This document shows, piece by piece, positions 17,414-26,501 of a stretch of DNA of 64,000 bases (positions are counted from its first letter, which is position 1; each line of letters begins with the position of its first letter). Made by a program: the position numbers and the translations under genes. The stretch lies in assembly GCF_037968635.1 (NCBI RefSeq), contig NZ_JBBKVV010000104.1:86-64085 (forward strand), written 5' to 3'. Below the pieces are notes generated by a model. That model saw only the letters and a program-made list of their open reading frames with translations, had not been told where the DNA came from and searched no databases. Origin of the DNA: Phenylobacterium sp. (GTDB lineage Bacteria > Pseudomonadota > Alphaproteobacteria > Caulobacterales > Caulobacteraceae).

Positions 17414-19471
17414 TTACCAGATACGGACCCGATCCGCAGGCGCCAGATAGAGCTTCTGGCCCGGCTTGACGTCGAAGGCCGTATACCAGGCGTCGAAGTT
17501 GCGCACCTCATAGGCCCGGAACTGGCCCGGCGCATGGGGGTCGGTGGCGATGATCTGGCGCAGGAAGGGCTCGCGCATCAGGTTGCGGTAGCTCTGGGCG
17601 AAGGACATGAAGAACCGCTGGTCCCCGGTCAGCCCGCCGATCACCGGGGCGGGCTTGCCGCCGAGGCTGGCGTGGTAGGCGTCCAGAGCCGCGGCCACGC
17701 CACCCAGGTCCCCGACGTTCTCGCCAAGAGTAAGCTTGCCGTTGAGCTTCAGGTCCGGCAGGGCCTGATAGGCGTCATACTGCGCGGCCAGCTTGCCGGT
17801 GGAGGCCTCGAAGGCCTTGAGGTCCGCCGGCGTCCACCAGGTGATCAGCCGCCCCTGTTCGTCGAGCTTGGAGCCCTGATCGTCGAAGCTGTGGCTGATT
17901 TCGTGGCCGATCACCGAGCCGATGGCGCCGTAGTTCACCGCCGGGTCGGCGGCCGGATCGAACCAGGGCGGCGACAGGAAGCCGGCCGGGAAGGCCAGCT
18001 TGTTCAGCGGCCCGGCATTGAAGGCGTTGACCGTCTGGGGCGTCAGGGTCAGCCACCACTGGGCGCGGTCCACGGGCTTTTCCATTTCCGCAAGATTGCG
18101 GGCGTATTCGAACGCCGCCGCCCGCTGGCTGTTGCCGAAGGGGTCGCCCCGCACCACCGTCAGGGTCGAATAGTCCCGCCACTTTTCGGGATACCCCACC
18201 TCGACACGCAGATTGGCGAGCTTGAGCTTGGCGCGGACCTTGGTCTCCGGCGCCATCCAGTCCAGGCGGTCGATGCGGCGGGCGAAGGCGGCCTTCACCT
18301 CTCCCACCAGGTCCTCGATCTTGGCCTTGGCTTCCGGGGGGAAATACTGGGCCGCATAGGCCTTGCCCACCGCGTCGCCCATGGCGAGGTTCACCGCGCC
18401 GACGCCGCGCTTCCAGCGGGCGTTGAGCTCCGGCGTGCCGGTGAGCGCCTTGCCGTGGAAAGCGAAGTCGGCCTCGACGAAGGCCTTGGGCAGGACCGGC
18501 GCGGCGTCATTGATCAGGCGCGAAGCCAGGTAGTCGCGCCAGGTCTCCAGGTCAGTCTCGCCGGCCAGCTTCGCGAAGCCGGTGATGGCCGAGGTCTGGT
18601 TGAGGATCAGCACCGGCCGGGCGCCAAATCCCACCCCCTCGAGATAGGTTTTCCAGTCGAAGCCCGGCGCGGCGGCCGCCAGTTGGGCCGGGGTCATGGG
18701 ATTGTAGACCTTGTCGGCGTCGCGGGAATCCACACGGTTCCAGTGAACCTTGGCCAGGGCCGTCTCGAAGGCGAGGATCCGATCGGCGCGCGCCGCGCCG
18801 TCCGCAAACCCGGCCAGGGTGAAGATCTGGGTGAGGTAGGTCTTGTAGGCCGCCCGGGCCGCGGCGAACTTCGGATCGTCGGTCAGGTAGTAGTCGCGAT
18901 CCGGCAGGCCCAGGCCACCCTGCACCAGTTCCGAAGAGCCCTTCGTGGGGTCCCTGGCGTCTATGCCCACGGCCGGATAGACCGGGAAGCTGGGCTGGGG
19001 AGACCCGTAGCCGAAGGGGCGCTGCTTGCGCTCCAGGGCCGCCATGGTTCTCGCTAGGTCCTGGGGAGTCTTCACCGCGGCGATCATCGCCAGGTCGGCC
19101 TTCAGCGGGGTGATCCCGGCCGCCTCGATGGCCGCCTCGTCCATGAAGCTGGCGTAGAATTCACCGAACTTCTTCGCATCGGCTGAGCCCGGAGATTTGG
19201 CGCCGTCCTCGACGATGCCACGCACCCTGGCCAGACTCTGCTCGCGCAGGCGCGCCACGTCGCTGTAGTTGGAGCGGTCGGCGGGGATGGTCGTGCTCTT
19301 CAGCCACCCACCGTTCACGTAGGCGAAGAAATCGTCCCCAGGCGCGACGGATTTGTCCATGCTCGCGAGGTCGAGACCGACCTCGCCGAATTCCGGTTTG
19401 ACCGCCGCGCCGGCGGTTCCGGCGACCAGCAGAACGGCCACAGCCGCCGCACACATGAATTGACTGCGCAT
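17414..19471 (-). CDS. M13 family (neprilysin-like) secreted metallopeptidase
   Basis: Signal peptide, 'GDDFFAYVNGGW', 'VNAFN', 'GHEISHSFD', 'GENVGD', 'DPHAP'. Confidence 0.95.
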   Translation of the reverse strand: MRSQFMCAAAVAVLLVAGTAGAAVKPEFGEVGLDLASMDKSVAPGDDFFAYVNGGWLKSTTIPADRSNYSDVARLREQSLARVRGIVEDGAKSPGSADAKKFGEFYASFMDEAAIEAAGITPLKADLAMIAAVKTPQDLARTMAALERKQRPFGYGSPQPSFPVYPAVGIDARDPTKGSSELVQGGLGLPDRDYYLTDDPKFAAARAAYKTYLTQIFTLAGFADGAARADRILAFETALAKVHWNRVDSRDADKVYNPMTPAQLAAAAPGFDWKTYLEGVGFGARPVLILNQTSAITGFAKLAGETDLETWRDYLASRLINDAAPVLPKAFVEADFAFHGKALTGTPELNARWKRGVGAVNLAMGDAVGKAYAAQYFPPEAKAKIEDLVGEVKAAFARRIDRLDWMAPETKVRAKLKLANLRVEVGYPEKWRDYSTLTVVRGDPFGNSQRAAAFEYARNLAEMEKPVDRAQWWLTLTPQTVNAFNAGPLNKLAFPAGFLSPPWFDPAADPAVNYGAIGSVIGHEISHSFDDQGSKLDEQGRLITWWTPADLKAFEASTGKLAAQYDAYQALPDLKLNGKLTLGENVGDLGGVAAALDAYHASLGGKPAPVIGGLTGDQRFFMSFAQSYRNLMREPFLRQIIATDPHAPGQFRAYEVRNFDAWYTAFDVKPGQKLYLAPADRVRIW

Positions 19472-19654
19472 CCACGCCCCCTTGGAAATTTGTCGGTGCA
19501 GAATGGCGGGCGACCGCCAAGCTGTCCTCACCAAACGATCGGCGGAAGATGAACTTTCATCCACGTCACTCGCCGCGGTGCGGCGCGCGCTCCCCCATCC
19601 AACGCGACCTTGCAGGCCAGATACCGGGGCCGCGCCCTCACTGACCGCCTCGGC

Positions 19655-20725
19655 TCAACCGGCGGTCTGCATCTCCGACAGGGCCGGGTAGTCGGTGTAG
19701 CCCTCGGCGCCGGGCGTATAGAAGGTGGCCGGAACCCACCGGTTCAGCGGCGCGCCGGTGCGCAGCCGTTCCACCAGGTCGGGGGTGGCCAGGAAGTCCT
19801 TGCCGAAGGCCACGGCGTCGGCCCAGCCGGCGTCGAGAGCGGCCTGGGCGGTGGCGCCCGTGAACTTCTCGTTGGCGATATAGACGCCGCCAAAGGCCTT
19901 CTTCAGCTGCGGCCCCAGGCTGTCGGGCCCCTCCGCCTCGCGGGCGCAGAGGAAGGCCAGCTTTCGCTTTCCCAGTTCGGTGGCGACGTGGGTGAAGGTG
20001 GCCGCGAGGTCACTGTCGCCAACACTGTGGGCGTCGCCGCGAGGCGCCAGGTGCATGCCCACCCGATCTGATCCCCAGACCGAGACGGCGGCGTCGGCGC
20101 ATTCCAGCATCAGCCGGGCGCGGTTGGCGATGGAGCCGCCGTACTCGTCGGTGCGCTGGTTGGAGCTGTCCTGCAGGAACTGGTCGAGCAGGTAGCCATT
20201 GGCGCCGTGCAGCTCGACCCCGTCGAAGCCGGCCTTCTGGGCGTTCTGGGCGCCCAGGCGGAAGGCCTCCACCACGTCCTGGACCTCGCCGGTCTCCAGG
20301 GCGCGTGGGGTCGGATAGGGCCGCTCAGGGCGCAGCAGGCTGACGTGACCCTTGGCGGCGATGGCGCTGGGACCGACCGGCGCACGGCCGTCCAGGAAGG
20401 TCGGATCGGAAATGCGGCCCACGTGCCATATCTGCATGAAGATGCGTCCGCCCGCGGCGTGCACCGCCGAGGTGACCTGCCGCCAAGCCTGAGTCTGCTC
20501 GGCGGACCAGACGCCGGGGACGCCGGCATAACCCACACCCATCGGATCGACCGGCACGCCCTCGGAGATCAACAGGCCCGCCGAGGCCCGCTGCTCATAA
20601 TATTTGGCCATCAGGGCGTTGGGGATGCGGCTGTCGCCCGCGCGGCTGCGGGTCAGCGGCGCCATGATCACCCGGTTGGGCAGGGTCAGGTCACCGACGA
20701 CCAGCGGATCGAAGAGCGAAGGCAT
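19655..20725 (-). CDS. Old yellow enzyme family alkene reductase (NADH:flavin oxidoreductase)
   Basis: 'MAPLTRSRA', 'QIWHVGR', 'ELHGANGYLLDQFL', 'RTDEYGGS'. Start MPSLFDP. Confidence 0.95.
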   Translation of the reverse strand: MPSLFDPLVVGDLTLPNRVIMAPLTRSRAGDSRIPNALMAKYYEQRASAGLLISEGVPVDPMGVGYAGVPGVWSAEQTQAWRQVTSAVHAAGGRIFMQIWHVGRISDPTFLDGRAPVGPSAIAAKGHVSLLRPERPYPTPRALETGEVQDVVEAFRLGAQNAQKAGFDGVELHGANGYLLDQFLQDSSNQRTDEYGGSIANRARLMLECADAAVSVWGSDRVGMHLAPRGDAHSVGDSDLAATFTHVATELGKRKLAFLCAREAEGPDSLGPQLKKAFGGVYIANEKFTGATAQAALDAGWADAVAFGKDFLATPDLVERLRTGAPLNRWVPATFYTPGAEGYTDYPALSEMQTAG

Positions 20726-20816
20726 GGGTGGTCCTTGAGGCTTCAGGCTCCGGTCCAGCGCCGGGCGACATTCCACATAGGCGCCCAATCCCCACTTGCC
20801 CAGAGGAGCTTGGCCT

Positions 20817-21290
20817 TTAACCGCCGCCGATCCGTGAGGCCAGGTCGGCGACCAGATCCTCCAGTTGATCCAGGCCGGAGTTGGTCCCCTCTTCGAAGCC
20901 ACCGCCGATGTGCATCTTCGCCATCTCGTCGGAGGCGAACACCGTGTGCATGGTGAGCTTCGTCTTGCCGTCCACCTCATCGAAGGTGACGGTGACCACC
21001 ATCATCTTCTCGAAGTTGAAGCCGTTGTCGTAGACGATCTTCCTGTCCGGAACGATCTCCAGATAGGTCCCGCCGAACGGGTCGTTCTGCACCCCGCTAG
21101 GCCCCGTCATGGCGAACTTGAACTGGCCACCGACCCGGAAGTCGATCTCCGCCAGGGTCACCGGCCAGCCGACCGGGCCGAACCACTTCATGATGTGCTC
21201 AGCCCGGGAATAGGCCTCGAACAGCAGGGCGGCCGGGGCGTCGATGACGCGGGTGATGGTGATCTCGCGATCGGCGACGGGTTCGCTCAT
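20817..21290 (-). CDS. SRPBCC/AHSA1-like domain protein
   Basis: 'REITITRVIDAPAALLFEAY...KWFGP...DFRVGG'. Confidence 0.9.
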   Translation of the reverse strand: MSEPVADREITITRVIDAPAALLFEAYSRAEHIMKWFGPVGWPVTLAEIDFRVGGQFKFAMTGPSGVQNDPFGGTYLEIVPDRKIVYDNGFNFEKMMVVTVTFDEVDGKTKLTMHTVFASDEMAKMHIGGGFEEGTNSGLDQLEDLVADLASRIGGG

Positions 21291-22171
21291 CAGGCCTCTC
21301 CGATACGGGCGGCGATCATCGGCTCCAGCCAGGCGCCGCGGGTCAGGATGTTCATGTGAGTGGTGTCAGGCAGGACGGCGAGCTGCGCGCCGGGGATCAG
21401 CCGGGCCATCTCGGCGGCATGGTCGATGCGCACGAAGTCGTTGTCGCCGATGGCCAGCAGGGTCGGGGTCTTGACCGCCCTCAGCTGGTCGGGCGTCCAG
21501 CCGGTCCAGGCGCTGAGCATGGCGTTGGTCTTGGCCAGCACGCGCTCGAAGGCGGTGGGATCGGGCGCGGTGCGCCTGTAGCTGGCCTGCCATGAGGCGA
21601 AGTCCGCCTCCGTCGGCAGGATCGCCACGAGTTCGGGCGACGGCTGGTGGGTCGGATCGCGCTGCAGTTTCACGAGTTCGGGCTGATAGCCATCCAGGGT
21701 GTAGCTGATGCTGACGACGCTGACCGTCCGCGCCAGGTTTGGGCGACGGACGGCCATGTTCATGGCCACCATGCCCCCCAGGCTGTGGCCGACGAGGTGC
21801 GCCGACTTCACCCCCAGGTGGGCCAGGACACCCGCCGTGTCGGCGGTCATCTGGTCCAGGCTCGGGGCTGTGTCACGGTCGGCGGTATGGCCGTGCCCTT
21901 GCTGCTCGACGGCGATCAGCGGACGATCCCTCGCCAGACGCGCCAGGAAGCCGTCGGGGAAAGCCGTCTCAATGGTCATCATGCCGCCGTGCAGCAGCAC
22001 GAAGGGCCTCCGCCCGGCCAGCGGCCCGCCATGGACTTCGTAATAGACCTTCAGGCCGTCGACGCCGGCGTAGCCGGTGGCCGCGGTTTCCATGGCAAAT
22101 CCCTTCGTCGCCAATCCGGCCCCCAGCAAGGCCCCCGCCCCAAGAACCCGCCGCCGGTCCACGCGGTTCAC
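21290..22171 (-). CDS. Alpha/beta hydrolase with twin-arginine-like leader
   Basis: 'LLHGG', 'QGHGHT', 'GHSLGG'; GTG start overlapping the ArsR stop; 'RRRVLGAGALLG' leader. Confidence 0.9.
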   Translation of the reverse strand: MNRVDRRRVLGAGALLGAGLATKGFAMETAATGYAGVDGLKVYYEVHGGPLAGRRPFVLLHGGMMTIETAFPDGFLARLARDRPLIAVEQQGHGHTADRDTAPSLDQMTADTAGVLAHLGVKSAHLVGHSLGGMVAMNMAVRRPNLARTVSVVSISYTLDGYQPELVKLQRDPTHQPSPELVAILPTEADFASWQASYRRTAPDPTAFERVLAKTNAMLSAWTGWTPDQLRAVKTPTLLAIGDNDFVRIDHAAEMARLIPGAQLAVLPDTTHMNILTRGAWLEPMIAARIGEA

Positions 22172-22512
22172 GACGCGTCGCCCCTGGCCTGCAGGTCCTT
22201 CACATAGGCTTCCAGCTGGTCGAGGCTCTCGTCCCAGAACCGGCGGTAATCGCCGATCCAGCGGGCGGCCTCGGCCAGGGGCTCGGCGTTCAGCCGCACC
22301 GGCCGGAACTGCGCGTTCCGCCCTCGCGAAACCAGCCCAGCCCCTTCCAGGACCTTCAGGTGCTTGGAGATCGTCGGCTGGCTGAGGTCGAAGGGCGCCA
22401 CCAGCTCGTTCACCGTCGCCTCCCCGTCCGCCAACCGCGCCAGGATCGCCCGCCGCGTCGGATCGGCCAGGGCGCCGAACACGAGATCCATCTGTTGCGT
22501 CGCCGCCTGCAT
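22168..22512 (-). CDS. ArsR/SmtB family transcriptional regulator
   Basis: 'FGALADPTRRAILARL...LSQPTISKHLKVLEGAGLV'. Confidence 0.95.
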   Translation of the reverse strand: MQAATQQMDLVFGALADPTRRAILARLADGEATVNELVAPFDLSQPTISKHLKVLEGAGLVSRGRNAQFRPVRLNAEPLAEAARWIGDYRRFWDESLDQLEAYVKDLQARGDAS

Positions 22513-22619
22513 ATATCGTCATCCAGCTATATTGCCAGATGACGATATATAATCCCGCCAACTCGTCAATGCAGATTGGACGGAGGTTCACGCGTTTTCA
22601 CGCGCGTCAGGCTGATGTC

Positions 22620-23117
22620 CTACGACTCCACTGCGCCGCGCAGCCCCCTGAAGGTCTTCACCCTATGAACGCGGGCAAGCATCCGGGTGAGGAGCTTGGA
22701 CTCCTCCTGCGGTTCCCCGTTCTCCCCAGCGATCGCCTCGTCGTCACGCCAGGCGTCTGGATTGGCTTTGATCGACGCACAGATTCGCACCTTCGCGACT
22801 TCCAGCGACATTGGCGGCCGCTCCGCGAGTTCGTGTTCGAGCGCATAGTTGCTCTGCTGGAATACGAACCTGACGATGCGGCCCAGGAAGGATCCAACAA
22901 TCCCGAGATTCCTGACGCCGACGACCTCCCAGCTTCGCCCCGTCGCGTCGACCAGGATCATGCCGCGTCGAGCATCGTGCTTGATGTCCCACTGCGTGCC
23001 CGTCGAGAAATCTTCGTCCGATCCAAACCACGCAAGCCGCTCGCGTCCCGCGATCGCGTGGCCGCCAACGTCCTTGCCGAACGCCAACAAGGGGTACTTG
23101 AAAGGAAGGCCCGTCAC
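22620..23117 (-). CDS. Putative immunity protein for the upstream nuclease toxin
   Basis: GTG start overlaps the toxin stop (GTGA); ~165 aa; no recognisable family. Confidence 0.55.
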   Translation of the reverse strand: MTGLPFKYPLLAFGKDVGGHAIAGRERLAWFGSDEDFSTGTQWDIKHDARRGMILVDATGRSWEVVGVRNLGIVGSFLGRIVRFVFQQSNYALEHELAERPPMSLEVAKVRICASIKANPDAWRDDEAIAGENGEPQEESKLLTRMLARVHRVKTFRGLRGAVES

Positions 23118-23791
23118 TTCGAGCGCCTGCCTTGCTCTGCGGCCCCCATGGCCGGATGACCGACGGCCGAGCCCGTCGCCCACTTCGACCAAGCCGGCGT
23201 TCCGTACCAGTAGCGTTGCGCCGGCTTGAACTGCGGCTGACCGCCGTATCGACCGTGGATACGCCCGTGGACCTGCGGGCTTGGCATCGGCTTGATGTTC
23301 CAGGGCTGGTTCTTGATGAAATCCGGAACAGCCTTACCCCAGCCCTCGTTTTGTGGGATCGCCCAATGGTGGCCGTGCTGGCCAGGCTTCAGAAACTTCT
23401 GCTCGCCCATCCAGGTTCGGACATTCCCTTTCCACCCGTAAGGAGCCGCCCGCCTAGTCGCCTTGTTTGCGATGAAGACCCCGCCCTTCACCAGTCCTTT
23501 GCCAAGCGAGCCTGCGACAGCCAGATCGGACACCGCCAGCGCTCCATTCAGGCCGGCTCCGATATAGTCGCCGTCTTCGAAATCCGCCAACGCCTCACGG
23601 CCAGATCCCCACACTGGGATAAGGGACTCCAGTTCGCCGGGATGGCCAATCCGGCCACCGCTTCCCGACTTCATTTCAGGCTCACCCGCCGCCCGCGCAT
23701 TGTTCGCGGCCTGACGGCGGATCATCTCGTCATAGTCTTCGTCATTAATGTCGGGGACGGAACGCGGCTCCCCGTTCGGCATACGCGCCAT
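23114..23791 (-). CDS. Short polymorphic-toxin-like protein with pre-toxin motif and GHH/HNH-fold nuclease tip
   Basis: 'IPVWGSGREA...GAGLNGALAVSD' pre-toxin-like segment, then 'QHGHHW...NQPWNIKPM...VHGRIHG'. AAAGGTGAG RBS. Confidence 0.7.
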   Translation of the reverse strand: MARMPNGEPRSVPDINDEDYDEMIRRQAANNARAAGEPEMKSGSGGRIGHPGELESLIPVWGSGREALADFEDGDYIGAGLNGALAVSDLAVAGSLGKGLVKGGVFIANKATRRAAPYGWKGNVRTWMGEQKFLKPGQHGHHWAIPQNEGWGKAVPDFIKNQPWNIKPMPSPQVHGRIHGRYGGQPQFKPAQRYWYGTPAWSKWATGSAVGHPAMGAAEQGRRSK

Positions 23792-24127
23792 GCAAACTCA
23801 CCTTTTCTGACCAGAAAAACGCAAATCCCCATAAGACCGGCGCGCCCGGCGACGATCTCTTCCGCACGCTCAAGCTACACTCCAAGTCTCATCGTGGGCA
23901 CTTATGCACTTGAGATACCACGTCGGCGGCCCTAGACTGATTCGGACAGGCCGGCGCTCGCTAGATTTTTCGGTAGGGAAACCTTTACCGACTCATTACC
24001 TTTTGGAGTTGCGTGCGACGCGGTGAATCTCCAGGCCGTAGCCCTGTCCTTAGAGCTTTAACGTTGGGCTCTTCTGAGATGGGTGAGCTTTGTGGGGGAC
24101 AACGATATGGAGTCCCCACCACGCACT

Positions 24128-24149
24128 AGGGGGCGGCTTCGGCCGCCCC
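24128..24149 (-). terminator. GC hairpin immediately after the stop of the 24150-24554 gene
   Basis: GGGGCGGC-TTCG-GCCGCCCC stem-loop. No clear U-tract. Confidence 0.45.
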
Positions 24150-24554
24150 TCACTTCTTCAAGTCTCGCAAGACCGGAAAGCGGCGCATCTTGCTCCGCAC
24201 CTGCGGCCACTCCGTCTTGTGGAACGTGACCACGAACAGCAAGCGCCTTTCGTTGCAGCGCTTGACCGTCACGCGAAACCACTTGTTCCAGACGTACTCA
24301 TCAAAGTGCAGGAAGACGAGATGTTGGTCGCCGTCGCGCACGACAGCTCCCTGATCAATCGTTTCGTCCAGCATCGGAAAATGGTTCGGAAGAAGTTGGT
24401 GCTCCTGAACGCACTTCACCGCGTACGAGTGTTCTATCCGCACGACATTGGAAGCCGCGCCTAGGTGCTCGGTTAGGTTGGGAGACAGCTGCGCTAGCTG
24501 GATAGTTCTGCCTCGACCCCTGCGTATGAAGCTATCCCAGTCCCGAACATTCAT
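24150..24554 (-). CDS. IS passenger; hypothetical protein, possibly BECR-fold (PBECR/RelE-like) RNase
   Basis: 134 aa; beta-rich C-terminus 'HLVFL...WFRVTVK...LFVVTFHK' resembles BECR-fold nucleases. Confidence 0.45.
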   Translation of the reverse strand: MNVRDWDSFIRRGRGRTIQLAQLSPNLTEHLGAASNVVRIEHSYAVKCVQEHQLLPNHFPMLDETIDQGAVVRDGDQHLVFLHFDEYVWNKWFRVTVKRCNERRLLFVVTFHKTEWPQVRSKMRRFPVLRDLKK

Positions 24555-24598
24555 GGGCTATGGCATAACTGAACTTTCACGGTGCGGAAGGGGCTAGC

Positions 24599-24742
24599 GT
24601 GACGGACAGCCAAGACGACATCTCGGAAGAGGAAGCCGCTCGCCGTCGCGACGAAGTCGTGAAGCGGATGCTGGCAACGCCGCCGCAACCGCGAGATCCA
24701 AAGAAGGGGCGCGAGCCGAAGCCCGCGCCGAAAATGAAATGA
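24599..24742 (+). CDS. IS passenger; 47-aa small protein (not in ORF track)
   Basis: GTG...MTDSQDDISEEEAARRRDEVVKRMLATPPQPRDPKKGREPKPAPKMK-TGA. From recall, a similar motif occurs in alphaproteobacterial IS1595 elements. Confidence 0.55.
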   Translation: MTDSQDDISEEEAARRRDEVVKRMLATPPQPRDPKKGREPKPAPKMK

Positions 24743-24806
24743 GACACCTAAGGCTCCGTCTTGCGCTTTGGATTGCGCGCCGTCTGGGCGTCAGCGTGTT
24801 CCCCGA

Positions 24807-25112
24807 TCAAGCCCACTTCGTGAAGGGCATCATCTTGAAGAGGTCCTGATCGGTGATTGCGCCGATAGCCCGAGCGCTCTTGAAGAGCGGCATACCCAGC
24901 AGGGCGAGGTCGGTACTGACGTCGATCTCACCACTGATGATGGCGGCGACTTCATCGATATTCTGCTGAGCTTGGAAGAGGATGAACGACGTAGGCTCGA
25001 CCCACCACGGCATGGTGGCGATGCTGCCAACGGCGCCTGTTAGGCCGTCATAGCGGGCGGTGTGATTGCCGACTTGGGCAATCCTGAAGGTCAACCAGTA
25101 GAGGTTTGACAT
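24807..25112 (-). CDS. IS passenger; small ferredoxin-fold (Cas2/VapD-like) hypothetical protein
   Basis: 101 aa 'LYWLTFRI...RYDGLTGAV...WWVEPTSFILF' beta-alpha-beta pattern. AAGG RBS. Confidence 0.45.
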   Translation of the reverse strand: MSNLYWLTFRIAQVGNHTARYDGLTGAVGSIATMPWWVEPTSFILFQAQQNIDEVAAIISGEIDVSTDLALLGMPLFKSARAIGAITDQDLFKMMPFTKWA

Positions 25113-25325
25113 AAAGGCATCCTTGTTTGGGTGCCTGCGTGGGTTGACCGTCTAGGGTGACTCAGAGAGTATCCCTTTGCCTTCGGCCCGCCCCACACAG
25201 GCGGTTTCGGAACGCCCGGTCGACGTTGGCGCGTCGCCGGGCACTACCCGTCTAGGGTGATTCACGATCCGTTCCGAGTCCCAAGGTGCCGCTTCGCCTG
25301 AAGCTTCCGCGCCTTCTGCTTCCGG

Positions 25326-26276
25326 CTACGCGGCTTTACGAGGCTGTCGGTAGGTCAGGCGCTTGCCGACCACGCCGCGCACGGCCTCGTCGGCTCGCAT
25401 GCTGTCGGTGATCCCGAGGCCCGAGCGGTTCGAGTAGCGGAAATCGAACTCCACTAGATAACGCGAGAGGTGCGCTTCCGAGACGTGGTGGAACGTGCCG
25501 GTGATCCCGCGCTTGAGGATCGAGAAGTAGTTCTCGACCGTGTTGGAGTGATGCAGGCCGTGGCGGACATACTCGCCAGCGGCGTGATCGACGGCGCTGT
25601 GAGCGGCGAACTCCTTGCCAACCGCTGGGTACATGCGGGCGCCGTCCGTCATCAGGTGAGAGGCCCGGTCGGCGGTCTTGACGATGATCGGGCGCAGGGT
25701 CTTCGCCGTGACGTTGGCGACGTGGAAAGAACGGGCGCGACCGCCGCGCTCAACGAGGGTGATCACGGCTTCCTTGCGGCCGAACATGTCGCGCGAGTTG
25801 CGCTTGTTCTTGTGCTTGTTGGCCTCTTTGCCGCCCACGTAGGTCTCATCGACCTCAACGAACTTGCCTTCGCCGCCCAGCGGGGACGGTTCGGCGGGCA
25901 GGTTCATCGCCTCGCGGATGCGGTGCGCCATGAACCAGGCCGTCTTGTAGGAGCCGAAGCCGAGCATCCGGAACAGTTGGTGAGCGCTGATCCCCTTCTT
26001 TGACGAGCACATCAGGTGCGTCGCCAGCAGCCACTTATGCAGCGGGATATGCGAGCGCTCGTAAACCGTGCCCATCGTGGCGGTGAACGGCTTGCGGCAT
26101 TCCTTTTCCTTGCACTTGAACAGACCCGGACGGGTTGTGCGGCCCTTCATCTCCGTGGCGTTATCGACCACGCCGCAATGCGGGCAGACCGGACCATGCG
26201 GCCAGCGCAGCGCTTGGAAGTGAGCGCGGGCGGCGTCTTCATCGTGGAAAATCGGGGCGGTCAGGTCGGTAGACAT
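25326..26276 (-). CDS. IS1595-family DDE transposase
   Basis: Zn ribbon 'CPHCG...FKCKEKECRK', HTH 'KKGISAHQL', catalytic 'VEVDETYVGG', 'LMTDG', 'HSNTVENYFSILKR', 'YLVEFDFRYS'. Confidence 0.97.
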   Translation of the reverse strand: MSTDLTAPIFHDEDAARAHFQALRWPHGPVCPHCGVVDNATEMKGRTTRPGLFKCKEKECRKPFTATMGTVYERSHIPLHKWLLATHLMCSSKKGISAHQLFRMLGFGSYKTAWFMAHRIREAMNLPAEPSPLGGEGKFVEVDETYVGGKEANKHKNKRNSRDMFGRKEAVITLVERGGRARSFHVANVTAKTLRPIIVKTADRASHLMTDGARMYPAVGKEFAAHSAVDHAAGEYVRHGLHHSNTVENYFSILKRGITGTFHHVSEAHLSRYLVEFDFRYSNRSGLGITDSMRADEAVRGVVGKRLTYRQPRKAA

Positions 26277-26501
26277 CGGGTTTCTCGCTTGTTGAGAAAA
26301 CCCTATCAAATCAATCGTGGTATCTCAAGTGCATAAGTGCCTCATCGTGTCCAGAACATAACAAGAACTTCTGACGGCGCCTGGACGCCGCAGCGCTCAA
26401 CAAATGAACAGGCGGCCGCCATCGTGGTCCCGAACGCCCACCGTCATTGCCACCGGTCCCCACACGCCTAAGCTCCAAGGGCCAACCCTGGGGACTTCCA
26501 C

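Larger units (their letters stand above)
23897..26341 (-). mobile_element. Complete IS1595-family element with passenger genes (transporter IS), 2445 bp
   Basis: Perfect 26-bp TIRs GGCACTTATGCACTTGAGATACCACG (23897-23922) and its reverse complement (26316-26341). 8-bp direct repeat TCATCGTG at 23889-23896 and 26342-26349. Confidence 0.95.

Noticed and set aside
17285-19057. 590-aa plus-strand ORF, and many similar long ORFs such as 26397-27722, 36496-38016, 47630-48724, 48770-50116, 58427-60037
   Set aside because: Antisense shadows of well-supported genes in high-GC DNA, with no motifs.
21290-22591. 433-aa track ORF spanning ArsR and hydrolase
   Set aside because: In-frame read-through upstream of the true GTG at 22171. 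The upstream part overlaps the real ArsR gene in another frame.
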